From the NCBI GenBank assembly GCA_049975265.1, contig JBNGDF010000005.1, positions 2,780 through 66,779 of the forward strand: DNA of 64,000 nucleotides. Reading direction: 5' to 3'. The notes under the pieces were generated by a model. That model did not search any database and had not been told where the DNA came from. It saw nothing but the letters and a program-made list of their open reading frames with translations. The stretch's first letter is position 1. Every line of letters starts with the position of its first letter. Shown piece after piece: positions 10,038-20,346 of this stretch. The position numbers were made by a program, and so were the translations under genes. Source of the DNA: Fidelibacterota bacterium (lineage in GTDB: Bacteria; Fidelibacterota; UBA2242).

Positions 10038-10413
10038 TTTCCTGCTCCTTTGTTTCGATGAAATGTTTGATTTTTTCCAGGTCCTTTTCATTGAATTTTT
10101 GCGTATCGAATAAAAAGGCTGCCAGTTTTGAAAATGACCCGTCGAAGGCTCGTTTGACGAAATGGTTGGTCTCCTTCTTGAGAATATCGGTCTCTTTTAC
10201 TGTAGCGGAATAGAAATTGACCAATCCGATCTTTTCTTTGGTCAAATATTTTTTATCCACCAGCCGCTCCATATAGGTCTGAATTGTGGTATAGGCTTTG
10301 GATTGGTGGGCAGACAGGGCTTCATACACATCCCGGACGGTTGCTTTGTCCTTTTTCCAGACCTGCTTCATGATTTCCCATTCGGCGTTTGTCAGTGTTT
10401 CGACTTTTGGCAT
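10030..10413 (-). CDS. blaI: BlaI/MecI/CopY family repressor
   Basis: LTNAEWEIMKQVW, AYTTIQTYMERLVDKKYL, FDGS motifs. Confidence 0.93.
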   Translation of the reverse strand: MPKVETLTNAEWEIMKQVWKKDKATVRDVYEALSAHQSKAYTTIQTYMERLVDKKYLTKEKIGLVNFYSATVKETDILKKETNHFVKRAFDGSFSKLAAFLFDTQKFNEKDLEKIKHFIETKEQENG

Positions 10414-10439
10414 GTTTGTCTCCGAATTTGTCGCTAATC

Positions 10440-10483
10440 TACTACGTTGGTAGTAATATACGGGTCTTTGTAGTAGATGTCAA
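10440..10483 (-). promoter_or_regulatory. sigma70 promoter of blaI operon with overlapping BlaI-type operator
   Basis: Minus strand TTGACA (10483-10478), 17 nt, TATATT (10460-10455); palindrome TACTAC-GTTG-GTAGTA at 10440-10455 and a GTAGTA half-site at 10470-10475. Confidence 0.8.
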
Positions 10484-10801
10484 GTAAAAATGGGATAAAT
10501 TGCGCCGGACTGAATTGCGCTTCATGGTTGCCAGCTTAAATATGGATGGCAGTGGTAATTTCGATCGCAGGGTCACGGGGAATTTGATCCGCTCTTCAGC
10601 AAAAAACGGGTAAAATTTATCTCCGGTATTCTGTCACCAATCAGTCAACCCGGTAAGAACGGCATAGCAGATAAAGTTTTAAGAATTTGTTTCGGTCTCA
10701 CCCTCTGATTTTTCCGCGAATTGCATGGAAAAAACGATAAAATATTTAATTTACAGTATGAAAACCGCCCGTTATCCGCAAAGAATTCATTCACCGCAGC
10801 T

Positions 10802-12106
10802 ATGATGCGTTCCAATTCAGCGTTTCACATAATGGCAAAACCGGTCGGTCCGCTCTGTAATCTTGCCTGTAAATACTGTTTCTATCTTGAGAAAGACAGA
10901 CTTTTCCCACCTGCTGAGAAATGGATTATGACCCCGGAGATAGTGGAAAAATTTATCCGTGAATATATCGAGTCGCAACCAACGCCGGTGGTCAGCTTTG
11001 CCTGGCAGGGCGGCGAACCGACATTAGCCGGCTTGGATTTTTTCAGGCAGGTTATCCGCCTTCAGAAAAAGTATTCTCATGGAAAAAGGATTGAAAACGC
11101 TTTTCAGACAAATGGGATTTTGCTGGACGACTGCTGGTGCGAATTCTTATCGGAAAATCGTTTTCTGGTGGGACTGTCCATCGACGGTCCCCAGGAAATT
11201 CACGATAAGTATCGCCTTTATAAGAATGGTAAACCGACCTTTGATAAGGTGATGGCTGCCCTGGACTGTTTAAAAAGACACGCTGTCGAATTCAACACCC
11301 TGACCTGTGTCTACAGAGAGAATTCCTACCGACCGCAGGAGATTTATGATTTCCTGAAGTCCATCGGCAGCCGGTTTATGCAGTTTATTCCGATTGTCGC
11401 CAGAAAAGCGCGCGATAACGATGGTACCGGACTGACCCTCGTACCTCCGACGTTTCAGGGAGAAGCGGCTGTAACCGAATGGTCGGTGGAACCTCTGCAG
11501 TATGGAAAATTTATGATGTCTGTTTTTAATAGCTGGGTAAGAAAGGATGTCGGTACATATTTTATCCAGCTGTTCGATGTATGTCTCGGGAGCTGGGTTG
11601 GTCAAAGCGCCGGACTTTGCATATTTGCCGAAACCTGCGGGTGGGCGCTGGCACTGGAGCATAATGGCGATCTGTACTCCTGTGATCACTTTGTCTTTCC
11701 TGAAAACCGGTTAGGTAACATAAGGGAGGAATCCCTCGGGAAGCTTGCAAACTCAGCGAAACAGATTCGATTCGGACGGGACAAAGCAGACACCCTGCCT
11801 CGTGTTTGCCGCCGCTGCGACGTGCGCTTTCTGTGTAATGGCGGTTGCCCCAAAAACAGGTTCGTGAAAACGACAGAGGGAGACCCTGGACTGAATTACT
11901 TATGTGCGGGCTACCAATACTTTTTCCACACAACAGCTCCATATATGCGATATATGGTCAGTGAGCTGAACAACCGGCGCCCGCCCGCCAATGTAATGGA
12001 TTTTGCGAGGCAGAAGGATAAGCATTTCCCCGGAGTCGATCGTAACGATCCCTGTCCTTGCGGCAGCGGCGTCAAGTTTAAAGACTGCTGCGGCAGCGTT
12101 CGTTAG
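10802..12106 (+). CDS. Anaerobic sulfatase maturase (radical SAM/SPASM) with C-terminal SEC-C motif
   Basis: AKPVGPLCNLACKYCFY, WQGGEPTL, YSCDHFV, C..C....CNGGCPK, LNYLCAGY, RNDPCPCGSGVKFKDCC. Confidence 0.93.
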   Translation: MMRSNSAFHIMAKPVGPLCNLACKYCFYLEKDRLFPPAEKWIMTPEIVEKFIREYIESQPTPVVSFAWQGGEPTLAGLDFFRQVIRLQKKYSHGKRIENAFQTNGILLDDCWCEFLSENRFLVGLSIDGPQEIHDKYRLYKNGKPTFDKVMAALDCLKRHAVEFNTLTCVYRENSYRPQEIYDFLKSIGSRFMQFIPIVARKARDNDGTGLTLVPPTFQGEAAVTEWSVEPLQYGKFMMSVFNSWVRKDVGTYFIQLFDVCLGSWVGQSAGLCIFAETCGWALALEHNGDLYSCDHFVFPENRLGNIREESLGKLANSAKQIRFGRDKADTLPRVCRRCDVRFLCNGGCPKNRFVKTTEGDPGLNYLCAGYQYFFHTTAPYMRYMVSELNNRRPPANVMDFARQKDKHFPGVDRNDPCPCGSGVKFKDCCGSVR

Positions 12107-12268
12107 CTCCTTTGGTGGAAATATGTACAACCGCATGTCAGAGCTATTTGCAGGATGGTGGTGTATGTGTTTTTCAGTGAAATTTTACTTTTCAACGGAA
12201 AGAATTATTGGAATTATATCCAGAATATTTAAAATACACTGTAAATCAATCAAATGGGGAAATTACGC

Positions 12269-13102
12269 ATGATGAAGGAAAAACTAATTTATCGCGGCAA
12301 ATCGAAGGATGTCTTCGAGATAAGTGCAGGATCGCATGCCGGCAAATACCGGATGGTTTTTACGGATAGGGCGACCGGCTATCTGGAAAACGGAAACCCG
12401 GTGTTTGATCCCGGTTACGATACGGTTGTCGGGGAGATTCCCGGCAAAGGAGCAATTGCCTGCCGGTTTGCCACCCATTTCTTCAAACTTCTGAAAGACA
12501 AAGGGATCCCTTCCCATTATATTGATACAGTCGGTGACAACGAAATGATTGTGGAGCCCGCCATTCCGCTGAGTATGCCGGCGGAATCCCCGGAGCTGCC
12601 CGGTTCTGCGCCGCTGCTGAACCTTGAGTTCACCTGGAGAAACAATGCGACCGGCAGTTTCTGGCGCCGGTATCCCTTCGTGAAGCCCGGTAAAAATCTG
12701 CATAAGGTTGTCGAATTATGGACAAAGGGTGATCAGGATATCCTGATTACCATGGAAGCCGTCGAAGCCACCGGAGCCATGACAAGAGCCGAAATCGCAC
12801 AGAGCGTCGGGATTGTACAAAACATCGCCGAGATCGTCTCCCGGGAATTTGCGGTTCACGATCTCCATGTCATCGATGGAAAGTTCGAGCTGGGCAGATT
12901 GAAATACGGTGATGGTGCGATCGTTATCATCGATGAAATATCCCCGGACGTCCTACGGGTCTGCAGAGGCTATGTGCCCGATACGGACGGTAATTGTATG
13001 GTCTTCAAAGAGTGTGCAGTCACCAATTTTGCTGACGACAAACGGACAATCAAGAACCGCAAACAGGTTCCAGCGTCCGATTTTATCAATATATTTCTAT
13101 GA
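12269..13102 (+). CDS. purC: Divergent SAICAR synthetase (PurC)-family ligase
   Basis: GKSKDVFE, FDPG...GKG, RNNATGS, DGKFELG, DEISPD motifs; SD GGGGA before ATG 12269. Confidence 0.75.
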   Translation: MMKEKLIYRGKSKDVFEISAGSHAGKYRMVFTDRATGYLENGNPVFDPGYDTVVGEIPGKGAIACRFATHFFKLLKDKGIPSHYIDTVGDNEMIVEPAIPLSMPAESPELPGSAPLLNLEFTWRNNATGSFWRRYPFVKPGKNLHKVVELWTKGDQDILITMEAVEATGAMTRAEIAQSVGIVQNIAEIVSREFAVHDLHVIDGKFELGRLKYGDGAIVIIDEISPDVLRVCRGYVPDTDGNCMVFKECAVTNFADDKRTIKNRKQVPASDFINIFL

Positions 13103-13170
13103 TCCCAAAAGCGCGGCGATCGGGGCTGATTATTATTGAATTTTTAACCTTCAGGACATAAGGGGATATA

Positions 13171-14364
13171 ATGCAACGCTATGTAGGAACGGTGGCAAGA
13201 GGAATTCGGTTGCCCATCGTGCGTGAAGGGGATGCCATTGCAGAAATAGTTGTTGACAGTGTCATCGCCGCCGCTGAAGCAGAGGGATTCACCATCCGAG
13301 ATCGGGATGTTGTGGGGATTACCGAGTCGGTGGTGGCGCGGGCACAGGGAAACTATGTCACGGTGGCTGCCATTGCGGCGGATTTGAAGATAAAATTCGG
13401 TGGCGACTGCCTGGGTGTTGTCTTTCCCATCCTCAGTCGCAACCGTTATGCCATTCTGCTGAAAGGAATCGCCCGCAGCACCCGGCAGATTGTCCTGCAA
13501 TTCAGCTATCCATCCGACGAGGTCGGTAATCAATTGATCGAGCCGGACAAGGTGGAGGAAGAGGGTGTCAATCCCTGGACAGATCATTTTACGGAAAGCC
13601 AGTTTAAGCGGACTTTCGGCAGTAGTCTGCACCCGTTCACGGGCATAGATTACGTTGCCTACTACCGTTCACTGGTGGAAAGCGAGGGAGCTAAGTGTAC
13701 TATTCTCTTTTCCAATCAGCCGAAAACCATCCTAGACTACGCCAAAAATGTTCTGGCGTGCGACATTCATACCCGGGTACGTACCAAGCGGCAGCTGCTG
13801 GCGGCAGGTGCACAGACGGTCTATAGCCTGGATGAAATTCTGTCCGCTTCCGTGAACGGTAGCGGGTATAATCCGGATTACGGACTGCTGGGCTCAAATA
13901 AAGCCAATGAGGAAACCGTGAAGCTCTTTCCCCGGGACTGCCAGCCGATAGTGGATCGCGTTCAGCAACTTTTCAGGGAAAAAACCGGTAAATCTGTAGA
14001 GGTTCTGATCTACGGCGATGGTGCTTTCAAAGACCCGGTGGGAAAAATCTGGGAGCTGGCAGACCCGGTGGTGTCACCCGCCTATACCGCCGGTTTACGG
14101 GGTACTCCCAATGAGATCAAGCTCAAGTATCTGGCGGACGACCGCTTCGCAGATCTCACCGGACAGGCGCTGAAAGAGGCGATTGTTCAGGAGATTTATG
14201 AGAAAAAAGAGAATCTCGTCGGGGCAATGGAATCCCAGGGGACGACGCCCCGCTGCCTGACCGACCTGATCGGATCGCTCTGCGACCTGATTTCCGGCAG
14301 TGGCGATAAGGGTACGCCGGTGGTGTACATTCAGGGCTATTTCGACAGCTTTGCCACCGGTTGA
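13171..14364 (+). CDS. CofE-like (F420-0:gamma-glutamyl ligase family) protein, function unknown
   Basis: GIRLPIVREGD, DVVGITESVVARAQG, DLIGSLCDLISGSGDKGTPVVYIQG. Confidence 0.82.
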   Translation: MQRYVGTVARGIRLPIVREGDAIAEIVVDSVIAAAEAEGFTIRDRDVVGITESVVARAQGNYVTVAAIAADLKIKFGGDCLGVVFPILSRNRYAILLKGIARSTRQIVLQFSYPSDEVGNQLIEPDKVEEEGVNPWTDHFTESQFKRTFGSSLHPFTGIDYVAYYRSLVESEGAKCTILFSNQPKTILDYAKNVLACDIHTRVRTKRQLLAAGAQTVYSLDEILSASVNGSGYNPDYGLLGSNKANEETVKLFPRDCQPIVDRVQQLFREKTGKSVEVLIYGDGAFKDPVGKIWELADPVVSPAYTAGLRGTPNEIKLKYLADDRFADLTGQALKEAIVQEIYEKKENLVGAMESQGTTPRCLTDLIGSLCDLISGSGDKGTPVVYIQGYFDSFATG

Positions 14365-14408
14365 TACATATTTTAACCAGTAATTTACATTAAAGGGGGA
14401 GCAAGAGC

Positions 14409-15515
14409 ATGAACACGATAGAAAAAGCCCTGATGCACGGATTGTTTGTTCATTTGCATCATAATATCGATAAGGTGATTGATTTCAAAGGGTTTCAGGA
14501 GATCAACCGTCAGGTGGAAAAAATCTGGACGGGAGCCTTACTGGTGGGCCCGGAAGCCAATGACGATGCAGCGGTATTTCAATTTCCCGGAATGGATGGA
14601 TTTGTGGTGGGAAAGATGGAGAGCCACTGCTCGCCTTGTGTACCTCGTCCCTACGACGCAGCCGCTACGGGTGCCGGTGGTGCCATGCGGGATGTGGTGG
14701 CGATGGGCGCCCGCCCAATTTTTTTATTGGATTTCATCGGTACCCGGCCATTGGACCAGGAGGTAATTGTCGGACCCTGTGGATTTAAGGGGCGTTGTAC
14801 CTGCGGCAAATGTAAGGTCATGACCAGTCAGGAGCGGGTGAACATCATGGTCAAAGGTTTGGGGGATATGTGCCGGACGATGGATGTGTTTATTGTCGGC
14901 GGTGGCTTCTCCACCTCCTTTTCGGATATTGTGCCGGCGGTGGTGGTGTCGGTTATCGGCAAACTGGTTACGGAAAAGCCACTCACCAAACCGGCGAAAG
15001 ATGCGGGCGACCAGATCATCATCATCGGTGTAACCGGTAATGATGGAAACGATACCCTCTACCGCGCCGGTCTGGTCGAAGAAATGCGTCCGGCGATCGC
15101 CCTGTTTGATGAAGAAAAAGTGGCAATGGAGGCGGCGTTGGCGGCATTTGCCACCGGTCAGGTCAAAGCCTGTTCCGACCTGGGTGCAGCGGGTATCGGT
15201 GCCGCCATCTGTGAATCCGCCCGGTACGGCAAACGGGGTGCCAGAATCGATTTAACCAAAGTTCCTGTCTCTATTCAGGACATCACTCCTCAGGAAATCC
15301 TGATTTGTGAAACCCAGGCGCGGTATATCGTGCAGGTGGCGCCGGAAGCGGTGGATGAGGTGGTGGCGGCTATTCGTTCCAAAACCGAGCATGTCGCCGT
15401 CATCGGTGAAATTACCACCGCTGATCAGGAGGTTTTCGAGTATAATGGTGAGGTCATTGCCGCGATTCCCAATCAGCCGTCGCAGGCAGAGCTTGAAATA
15501 CTGAAAAGCAGTTAG
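14409..15515 (+). CDS. AIR synthase (PurM/PurL) superfamily protein, half-size, with Cys-rich insert
   Basis: NDDAAV, KMESH, PYDAAATGAGGAMRDVVAMGARPI, DLGAAG, EILICETQARY. Confidence 0.82.
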   Translation: MNTIEKALMHGLFVHLHHNIDKVIDFKGFQEINRQVEKIWTGALLVGPEANDDAAVFQFPGMDGFVVGKMESHCSPCVPRPYDAAATGAGGAMRDVVAMGARPIFLLDFIGTRPLDQEVIVGPCGFKGRCTCGKCKVMTSQERVNIMVKGLGDMCRTMDVFIVGGGFSTSFSDIVPAVVVSVIGKLVTEKPLTKPAKDAGDQIIIIGVTGNDGNDTLYRAGLVEEMRPAIALFDEEKVAMEAALAAFATGQVKACSDLGAAGIGAAICESARYGKRGARIDLTKVPVSIQDITPQEILICETQARYIVQVAPEAVDEVVAAIRSKTEHVAVIGEITTADQEVFEYNGEVIAAIPNQPSQAELEILKSS

Positions 15516-15605
15516 TAATCATCCGAAGGATCTCTTTGAGAAAGGAAAAAATCAGTAGAGAATCGTTCAGCAACCTATGCTGTCGGATTGTGCTCCGGCG
15601 CCGTT

Positions 15606-16589
15606 TTAACTCTTTTCCGCCTGATGCAGAAAGTGCCGGACGACCTGCAGGTATTCCTGCGGTTTTTCCAGATGGTGTTCGTGGGACGCATTTTCGAAAA
15701 TCCGGATTTGAGACCCGGGCAGATGATCCTGAAAAAATTGCGTTGTTGTCGGTGTTGCTTCGTCATACTCGCCGCAGGTGAACAGCACCGGTATATCTAT
15801 CTCATTCAGATGATCAGTGCGTTCGTAGCTATTCAGTTCACCGGTGACGGTAAATTCACTGGGACCCCACATGTGTTTGTACATTTCGAAATTTATCGTC
15901 TCGAACGACCTGTTCAGACAGTCCGGCCAGGTATCGAGACGGCAGACATGCCGACGATAAAAATCCATCATCGCTCCCTGATATTGGGAAGAACTGTAAT
16001 CGCCAGTTTGTTCAGATTTTAGGATGATTGCCCGGGTTGATTCCGGCATTTCACGAATATAGGCGTTCTGGTCTGCGATCCAGCGCGAGGCGCTGAGCAG
16101 GGGCCCGGAGAGAATGAGACTCTCAACGCCTGCAGGTTGATGGGTCAGCATATAATCAATCGCCAGCGCGCATCCCCAGGACTGACCCAGAATATGGCAT
16201 TTTTTCAATTCCAGCGCCTGACGTACCTGATGAAGTTCCTCCACAAAATGCCCGATGGTCCACAGATTTTTATCTGCCGGTCGGTCGGATTTGCCGCAGC
16301 CCAGCTGGTCATAGAAAATGACCGGACGTTCATCTGCCAGCGCCTCGAGCGGTTCAAGGTAGTCGTGTGAGACCCCCGGACTGCCGTGTATAATCAAAAG
16401 TGGCATACCGGTTTGGTTTTTACCTGCAATTTTGTACCAAATTTTACCGCCGGTGACTATAATATAACCTTCCTGCAGATCATCGGAGTTTTCGGTTATG
16501 ATGATATCTGTTTTCTTTTCTATGGAACACCCCCCGAGTAGAAGTACAAAAACGATTAAGGAAAGTAGCCGTGATTTGAGATAGAACAT
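15606..16589 (-). CDS. Proline iminopeptidase-family alpha/beta hydrolase, predicted lipoprotein
   Basis: HGSPG, YDQLGCGKS, GQSWG, GEYDE, ASH motifs; lipobox LGGC after MFYLK start. Confidence 0.88.
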   Translation of the reverse strand: MFYLKSRLLSLIVFVLLLGGCSIEKKTDIIITENSDDLQEGYIIVTGGKIWYKIAGKNQTGMPLLIIHGSPGVSHDYLEPLEALADERPVIFYDQLGCGKSDRPADKNLWTIGHFVEELHQVRQALELKKCHILGQSWGCALAIDYMLTHQPAGVESLILSGPLLSASRWIADQNAYIREMPESTRAIILKSEQTGDYSSSQYQGAMMDFYRRHVCRLDTWPDCLNRSFETINFEMYKHMWGPSEFTVTGELNSYERTDHLNEIDIPVLFTCGEYDEATPTTTQFFQDHLPGSQIRIFENASHEHHLEKPQEYLQVVRHFLHQAEKS

Positions 16590-16617
16590 TGGAGTGCGGA
16601 TCCTTTTAATCACCTGG

Positions 16618-16983
16618 TCACTTTTCGAATGTTTTGTCACCGAAGCCGTATTCAATTGCCAGGTCTATATGACGAAGCAGCTCCTTAAAATAGGGCATTT
16701 CAGATAGTCTTGAATCTATTTTCCCGGTGACCGACTGCAGCCAGTTCATAAAATCCGGGTGCATATAATCGGTAAAGGGAATCATGGCTTCGACCTCATC
16801 GCACAATTTCAGGTGGGTTTCCAGCGCATTGTGTGGGTCCCAATCCTGGTTGTTGGAGCGGCTTAACTGGACCGAAGATATCAGCAGCTGCTTCTGCAGC
16901 TCGACGGCATTGATATATTCCAGCAGTTTGTCTCTGAGTTCGAGCAGAGTAATCATAATATCTCGGATAAAAATTATCGACAT
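16618..16983 (-). CDS. Hypothetical protein
   Basis: 121-aa helical-looking ORF upstream of the peptidase; no recognised motif. Confidence 0.55.
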   Translation of the reverse strand: MSIIFIRDIMITLLELRDKLLEYINAVELQKQLLISSVQLSRSNNQDWDPHNALETHLKLCDEVEAMIPFTDYMHPDFMNWLQSVTGKIDSRLSEMPYFKELLRHIDLAIEYGFGDKTFEK

Positions 16984-17093
16984 CCTGGGTAAATTGCAAG
17001 ATTCCTAATGGCTGTCAGATGAGTGGCAAATAATTTCCACCTTTGGCGGTGATTTTATAAATTTATAGAGAGGAACAGAGGGGAGGTACCGAA

Positions 17094-17792
17094 ATGAGTC
17101 ACTCAGAGCCATTCAATCTTTTACGCATCGCTGTTATGCTTGGAATTTTTGTTGTTTTTTTTCCGCTTCTGCCGTTAATAATTACCGGACACTGGGACTG
17201 GTGGGAAGCCCGGGTGTATGCAGCGATTTATATTCTTGGTTTCGGAATCAGCCGGACACTGGCGGGACGACGGCATCCCGACCTTCTGGGCGAACGTGCC
17301 CGTTTTTTACGGCATGGGGATACCAAAGCCTGGGACAAGATTCTGGCGCCCCTGGTCAGCCTCGGTGGCTGTCTGATACCGCTGGTCGTTGGGCTCGATG
17401 CGCGCTACGGCTGGTCACCGCCGTTTCAGCTGCCGGAAAAGCTGGTGGCACTGTTCATTATACTGGGTGGATTTCTTTTGGGGTCATACGCTCTGATTGA
17501 AAACCGCTTTTTTTCAGGGACGGTGCGCATCCAGCATGATCGCCGGCATCAGATTGTGACCACCGGACCCTATCGCTGGGTACGGCATACCGGCTACGCC
17601 GGTGCTCTCCTCTCCTATCTGGCGACTCCGGTCTTTTTGGATTCCTACTGGGCGTATCTGCCGGTGCTGTTTCTGACCGTCTGTTTAGTTCTCCGCACGG
17701 CGCTGGAAGACCGGACATTGCAAAACGAATTAGCGGGTTATCGCGAATATGCCGGACAGACCTGCTACCGCCTGATCCCGGGAATCTGGTAG
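17094..17792 (+). CDS. Isoprenylcysteine carboxyl methyltransferase family membrane protein
   Basis: ENRFFS.TVRIQ, TGPYRWVRH.GY, RT.LEDRTL, GY.EY...YRLIPGIW; GGAGG SD. Confidence 0.88.
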   Translation: MSHSEPFNLLRIAVMLGIFVVFFPLLPLIITGHWDWWEARVYAAIYILGFGISRTLAGRRHPDLLGERARFLRHGDTKAWDKILAPLVSLGGCLIPLVVGLDARYGWSPPFQLPEKLVALFIILGGFLLGSYALIENRFFSGTVRIQHDRRHQIVTTGPYRWVRHTGYAGALLSYLATPVFLDSYWAYLPVLFLTVCLVLRTALEDRTLQNELAGYREYAGQTCYRLIPGIW

Positions 17793-17957
17793 TGGTTTTG
17801 GCGCTTTGGCGATTTATTTTCTTGTGTTAATTCCTTCCGCAGGCGTACATTTATGTAGCATTCAATGGAAGAATACGGTGTTCCAAAATTATCATCAACA
17901 ATTCAATATCCGGTGGATTGGTTTCTCCAAAAACAAGCGAAGTGGCGGGGAATAATA

Positions 17958-19238
17958 ATGTGGCAACAAACGATTGGTATGGTTTTGCTCACGACGGTTT
18001 TGAGCCTGAATGCCCGGGATGCGGCTGCCGTCCCGACAGAAAAGGTATTCAATATGGAAGCCCGGGTTGATTCTCTGCACCAGAGGATTCGCCACCTGGA
18101 GGAGGAGTTGTAGCAAATCAGGCAAAATACGCAGGATGAGAGGTCAGAAATGGACGAGTTGCTGGCGCTGTTCAACGGCGATGCGGTGGAGACGGCGGAT
18201 ATCGAATCCCGTTCCCGGCATAAGCGTGTCGACGAACTCTTGAAAGCCATTGTTCAGCAACCAGGTCAGTTGCGCTTCAATGGGGGTGCGACGGCGATTT
18301 TTCAGGGAGGCGGCGACCGCAGTGATCAATATTCCAGCGCCACCGGCTCGTTTGATATTTACGCCTCGACAGCGTTTGGACCTAATACACTGCTGTTTTT
18401 CGATTGGGAAGCCATCGGCGGAAACTGACCGGACGACTATTTTCCCAATTTTGCCGGTTTGAACGGAGACGCCGGTTCGACTCAGGACAGCCTGGGAATC
18501 GATCGTTTGACGGTGCTGGAAGCCTGGGCTGAATTTACCATGCTGAACAGAATTTTTACAATTACTGCCGGGAAGATTGACCTGACCGACTATTTTGACA
18601 ACAACGCCTCGGCGAATGACGAGACGATGCAGTTTATCAGTGGTGCCTTTGTGAACAGCGCCGCCTTTGCAGTGCCGGGCAATTCGCCCGGTGTCCGGCT
18701 GCGCACGACATTGTTCGATCGTTTTCATTTTCAAACAGGTATCGTCAGCGCCGATAATTCAGGCAGTGAGATTTTGAAAGAGCTGTACCGGATCGCCAGC
18801 CTCGGTTTTACCCTCTTTCCCGCTTCCGATTTTGAGTCCAATTTGCGTTTTTACGGATATCAGGACCCGCGTGCGGGTTATGCCACCGGCTGGGGAATCA
18901 GCTTTGATAATCTCTCTTTTGGAACCTATAATATTTTCGCCCGCTACGGACAGAACAGCACCGGTGTGGCGGAAAGTTGGGGCGTTCGCTGTGCCTGGAG
19001 TCTGGGCATCCGCTTTATGCGGGAAATCGCCAGCCAGTCCACAGCTGTGGGGCTGGCATACGGGGAGACAACACTCCGGGATGATGATTTGCATAACGAA
19101 CAGCTGCTGGAATTGTACGCTCGCCGCCAGGTCAATAAATGGACGCACCTGTCACCCCATTTACAGGTTATCTGGAATGCCGGTGGCGCTGCTGACCGGA
19201 TCATTCTGTTCGGAGTGCGAACACATTTTAATTTTTAA
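17958..19238 (+). pseudogene. Carbohydrate porin (OprB-like) with N-terminal coiled coil, interrupted by two in-frame stops
   Basis: Signal peptide from ATG 17958; ORFs 17865-18113, 18150-18428 and 18459-19238 share one frame, split by TAG 18111 and TGA 18426; GKIDLTDYFDNN.ANDE..QF motif; C-terminal Phe; 426 aa if restored. Confidence 0.8.
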
Positions 19239-19250
19239 AAAAGGAGAAGT

Positions 19251-20255
19251 ATGAACCGATTTTATTATTGGATAATAGCAGTTAATCTGGCAGTGGTGAA
19301 TGGTGCTGCCGGTAAAGAAGAACCGCTGGTGCAGCAGATCCGGTCCGCCGTTCAACACGAGGCATTTACGGTCAATGCGCTGGTTCAATCGGGATTCCGT
19401 TACTCTCTGGGAGACGACAATTTTCAGGGCGGTCGGACCTTTGAGGCTGCCAACGCCAGGCTGAGTTTTCGCGGGAATCTGGATGGGGGATTTTTTTACC
19501 GGCTGTTTTTCAATCTGGTCAAGGAGCCGAACCTGCTGGATGCCTATATCGGCTACCGCTTCAGCGATGCTCTGCGTATTACCACCGGAGCCATGAAGCC
19601 GAAGCAGACCCTGGACTTTATTCCTGATCCCGGTTCGATGGATTTCATCGACCGCACGCATATCACCGATCTGCTTGTTCAGTCCCGGGAGATCGGAGTG
19701 TCGTTTGAGGGCGATGTCGGAGGGCTCTATTACTTTTCCGGAATTTTTAACGGCAATAAATTGTCGTCGAATAATAACAACGAATTCTACGGAATCGGAC
19801 GGCTTCAGTACACTCTCGGGGATTTACAGCTGGCGGTGCAAGGTTCACACGGCAATTCACCCGGCGTGCAGACCGGTAATGCGGGGCCCGTATTGCAGGG
19901 CAAGCGGACCATTTACGGCGGCGATGTCCGGTTGAAGGCGGAACGTCTGCTGCTAGCGGCGGAATATCTGGCTGGCAGCCTCGATCTCGACTCGACGGCT
20001 GGTAGCGACAAGAAGGATCTGATCAGTGGCTACTATATCACCGCCGGTTACCGGATACTGGAAAAGACTATGCTGCTGAGTCGCTGGCAGTCCTGGGGAT
20101 ACCGGGAGCAGGATTTTCGGGATCATCAGGTTACTTTTGGGATCAACCACAATTTTACCGGTGTCACCAGACTGCAGCTGAATGCCGACGCCTACTTTCC
20201 GGAAAAGAGCGATCGCCAGTATGGACTCTCCCTGCTGTTACAGGTGCAATTTTAA
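19251..20255 (+). CDS. Porin (OprO/OprP-like beta-barrel)
   Basis: Signal peptide, ARLSFRG, LLDAYIGY, REIG, GIFNG motifs, C-terminal QVQF. Confidence 0.75.
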   Translation: MNRFYYWIIAVNLAVVNGAAGKEEPLVQQIRSAVQHEAFTVNALVQSGFRYSLGDDNFQGGRTFEAANARLSFRGNLDGGFFYRLFFNLVKEPNLLDAYIGYRFSDALRITTGAMKPKQTLDFIPDPGSMDFIDRTHITDLLVQSREIGVSFEGDVGGLYYFSGIFNGNKLSSNNNNEFYGIGRLQYTLGDLQLAVQGSHGNSPGVQTGNAGPVLQGKRTIYGGDVRLKAERLLLAAEYLAGSLDLDSTAGSDKKDLISGYYITAGYRILEKTMLLSRWQSWGYREQDFRDHQVTFGINHNFTGVTRLQLNADAYFPEKSDRQYGLSLLLQVQF

Positions 20256-20346
20256 CCGGACGGCGGTTTGTTATTGGCAAAATTCCGTACATCGCGAATT
20301 TTATGGAAAACAGATGATGTGATCGTAAAATAGAAGGAGGCATGCG

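Noticed and set aside
13171..14364. Evidence for F420 biosynthesis
   Set aside because: No cofC, cofD, cofG or cofH nearby, and the protein is the long variant of unknown function
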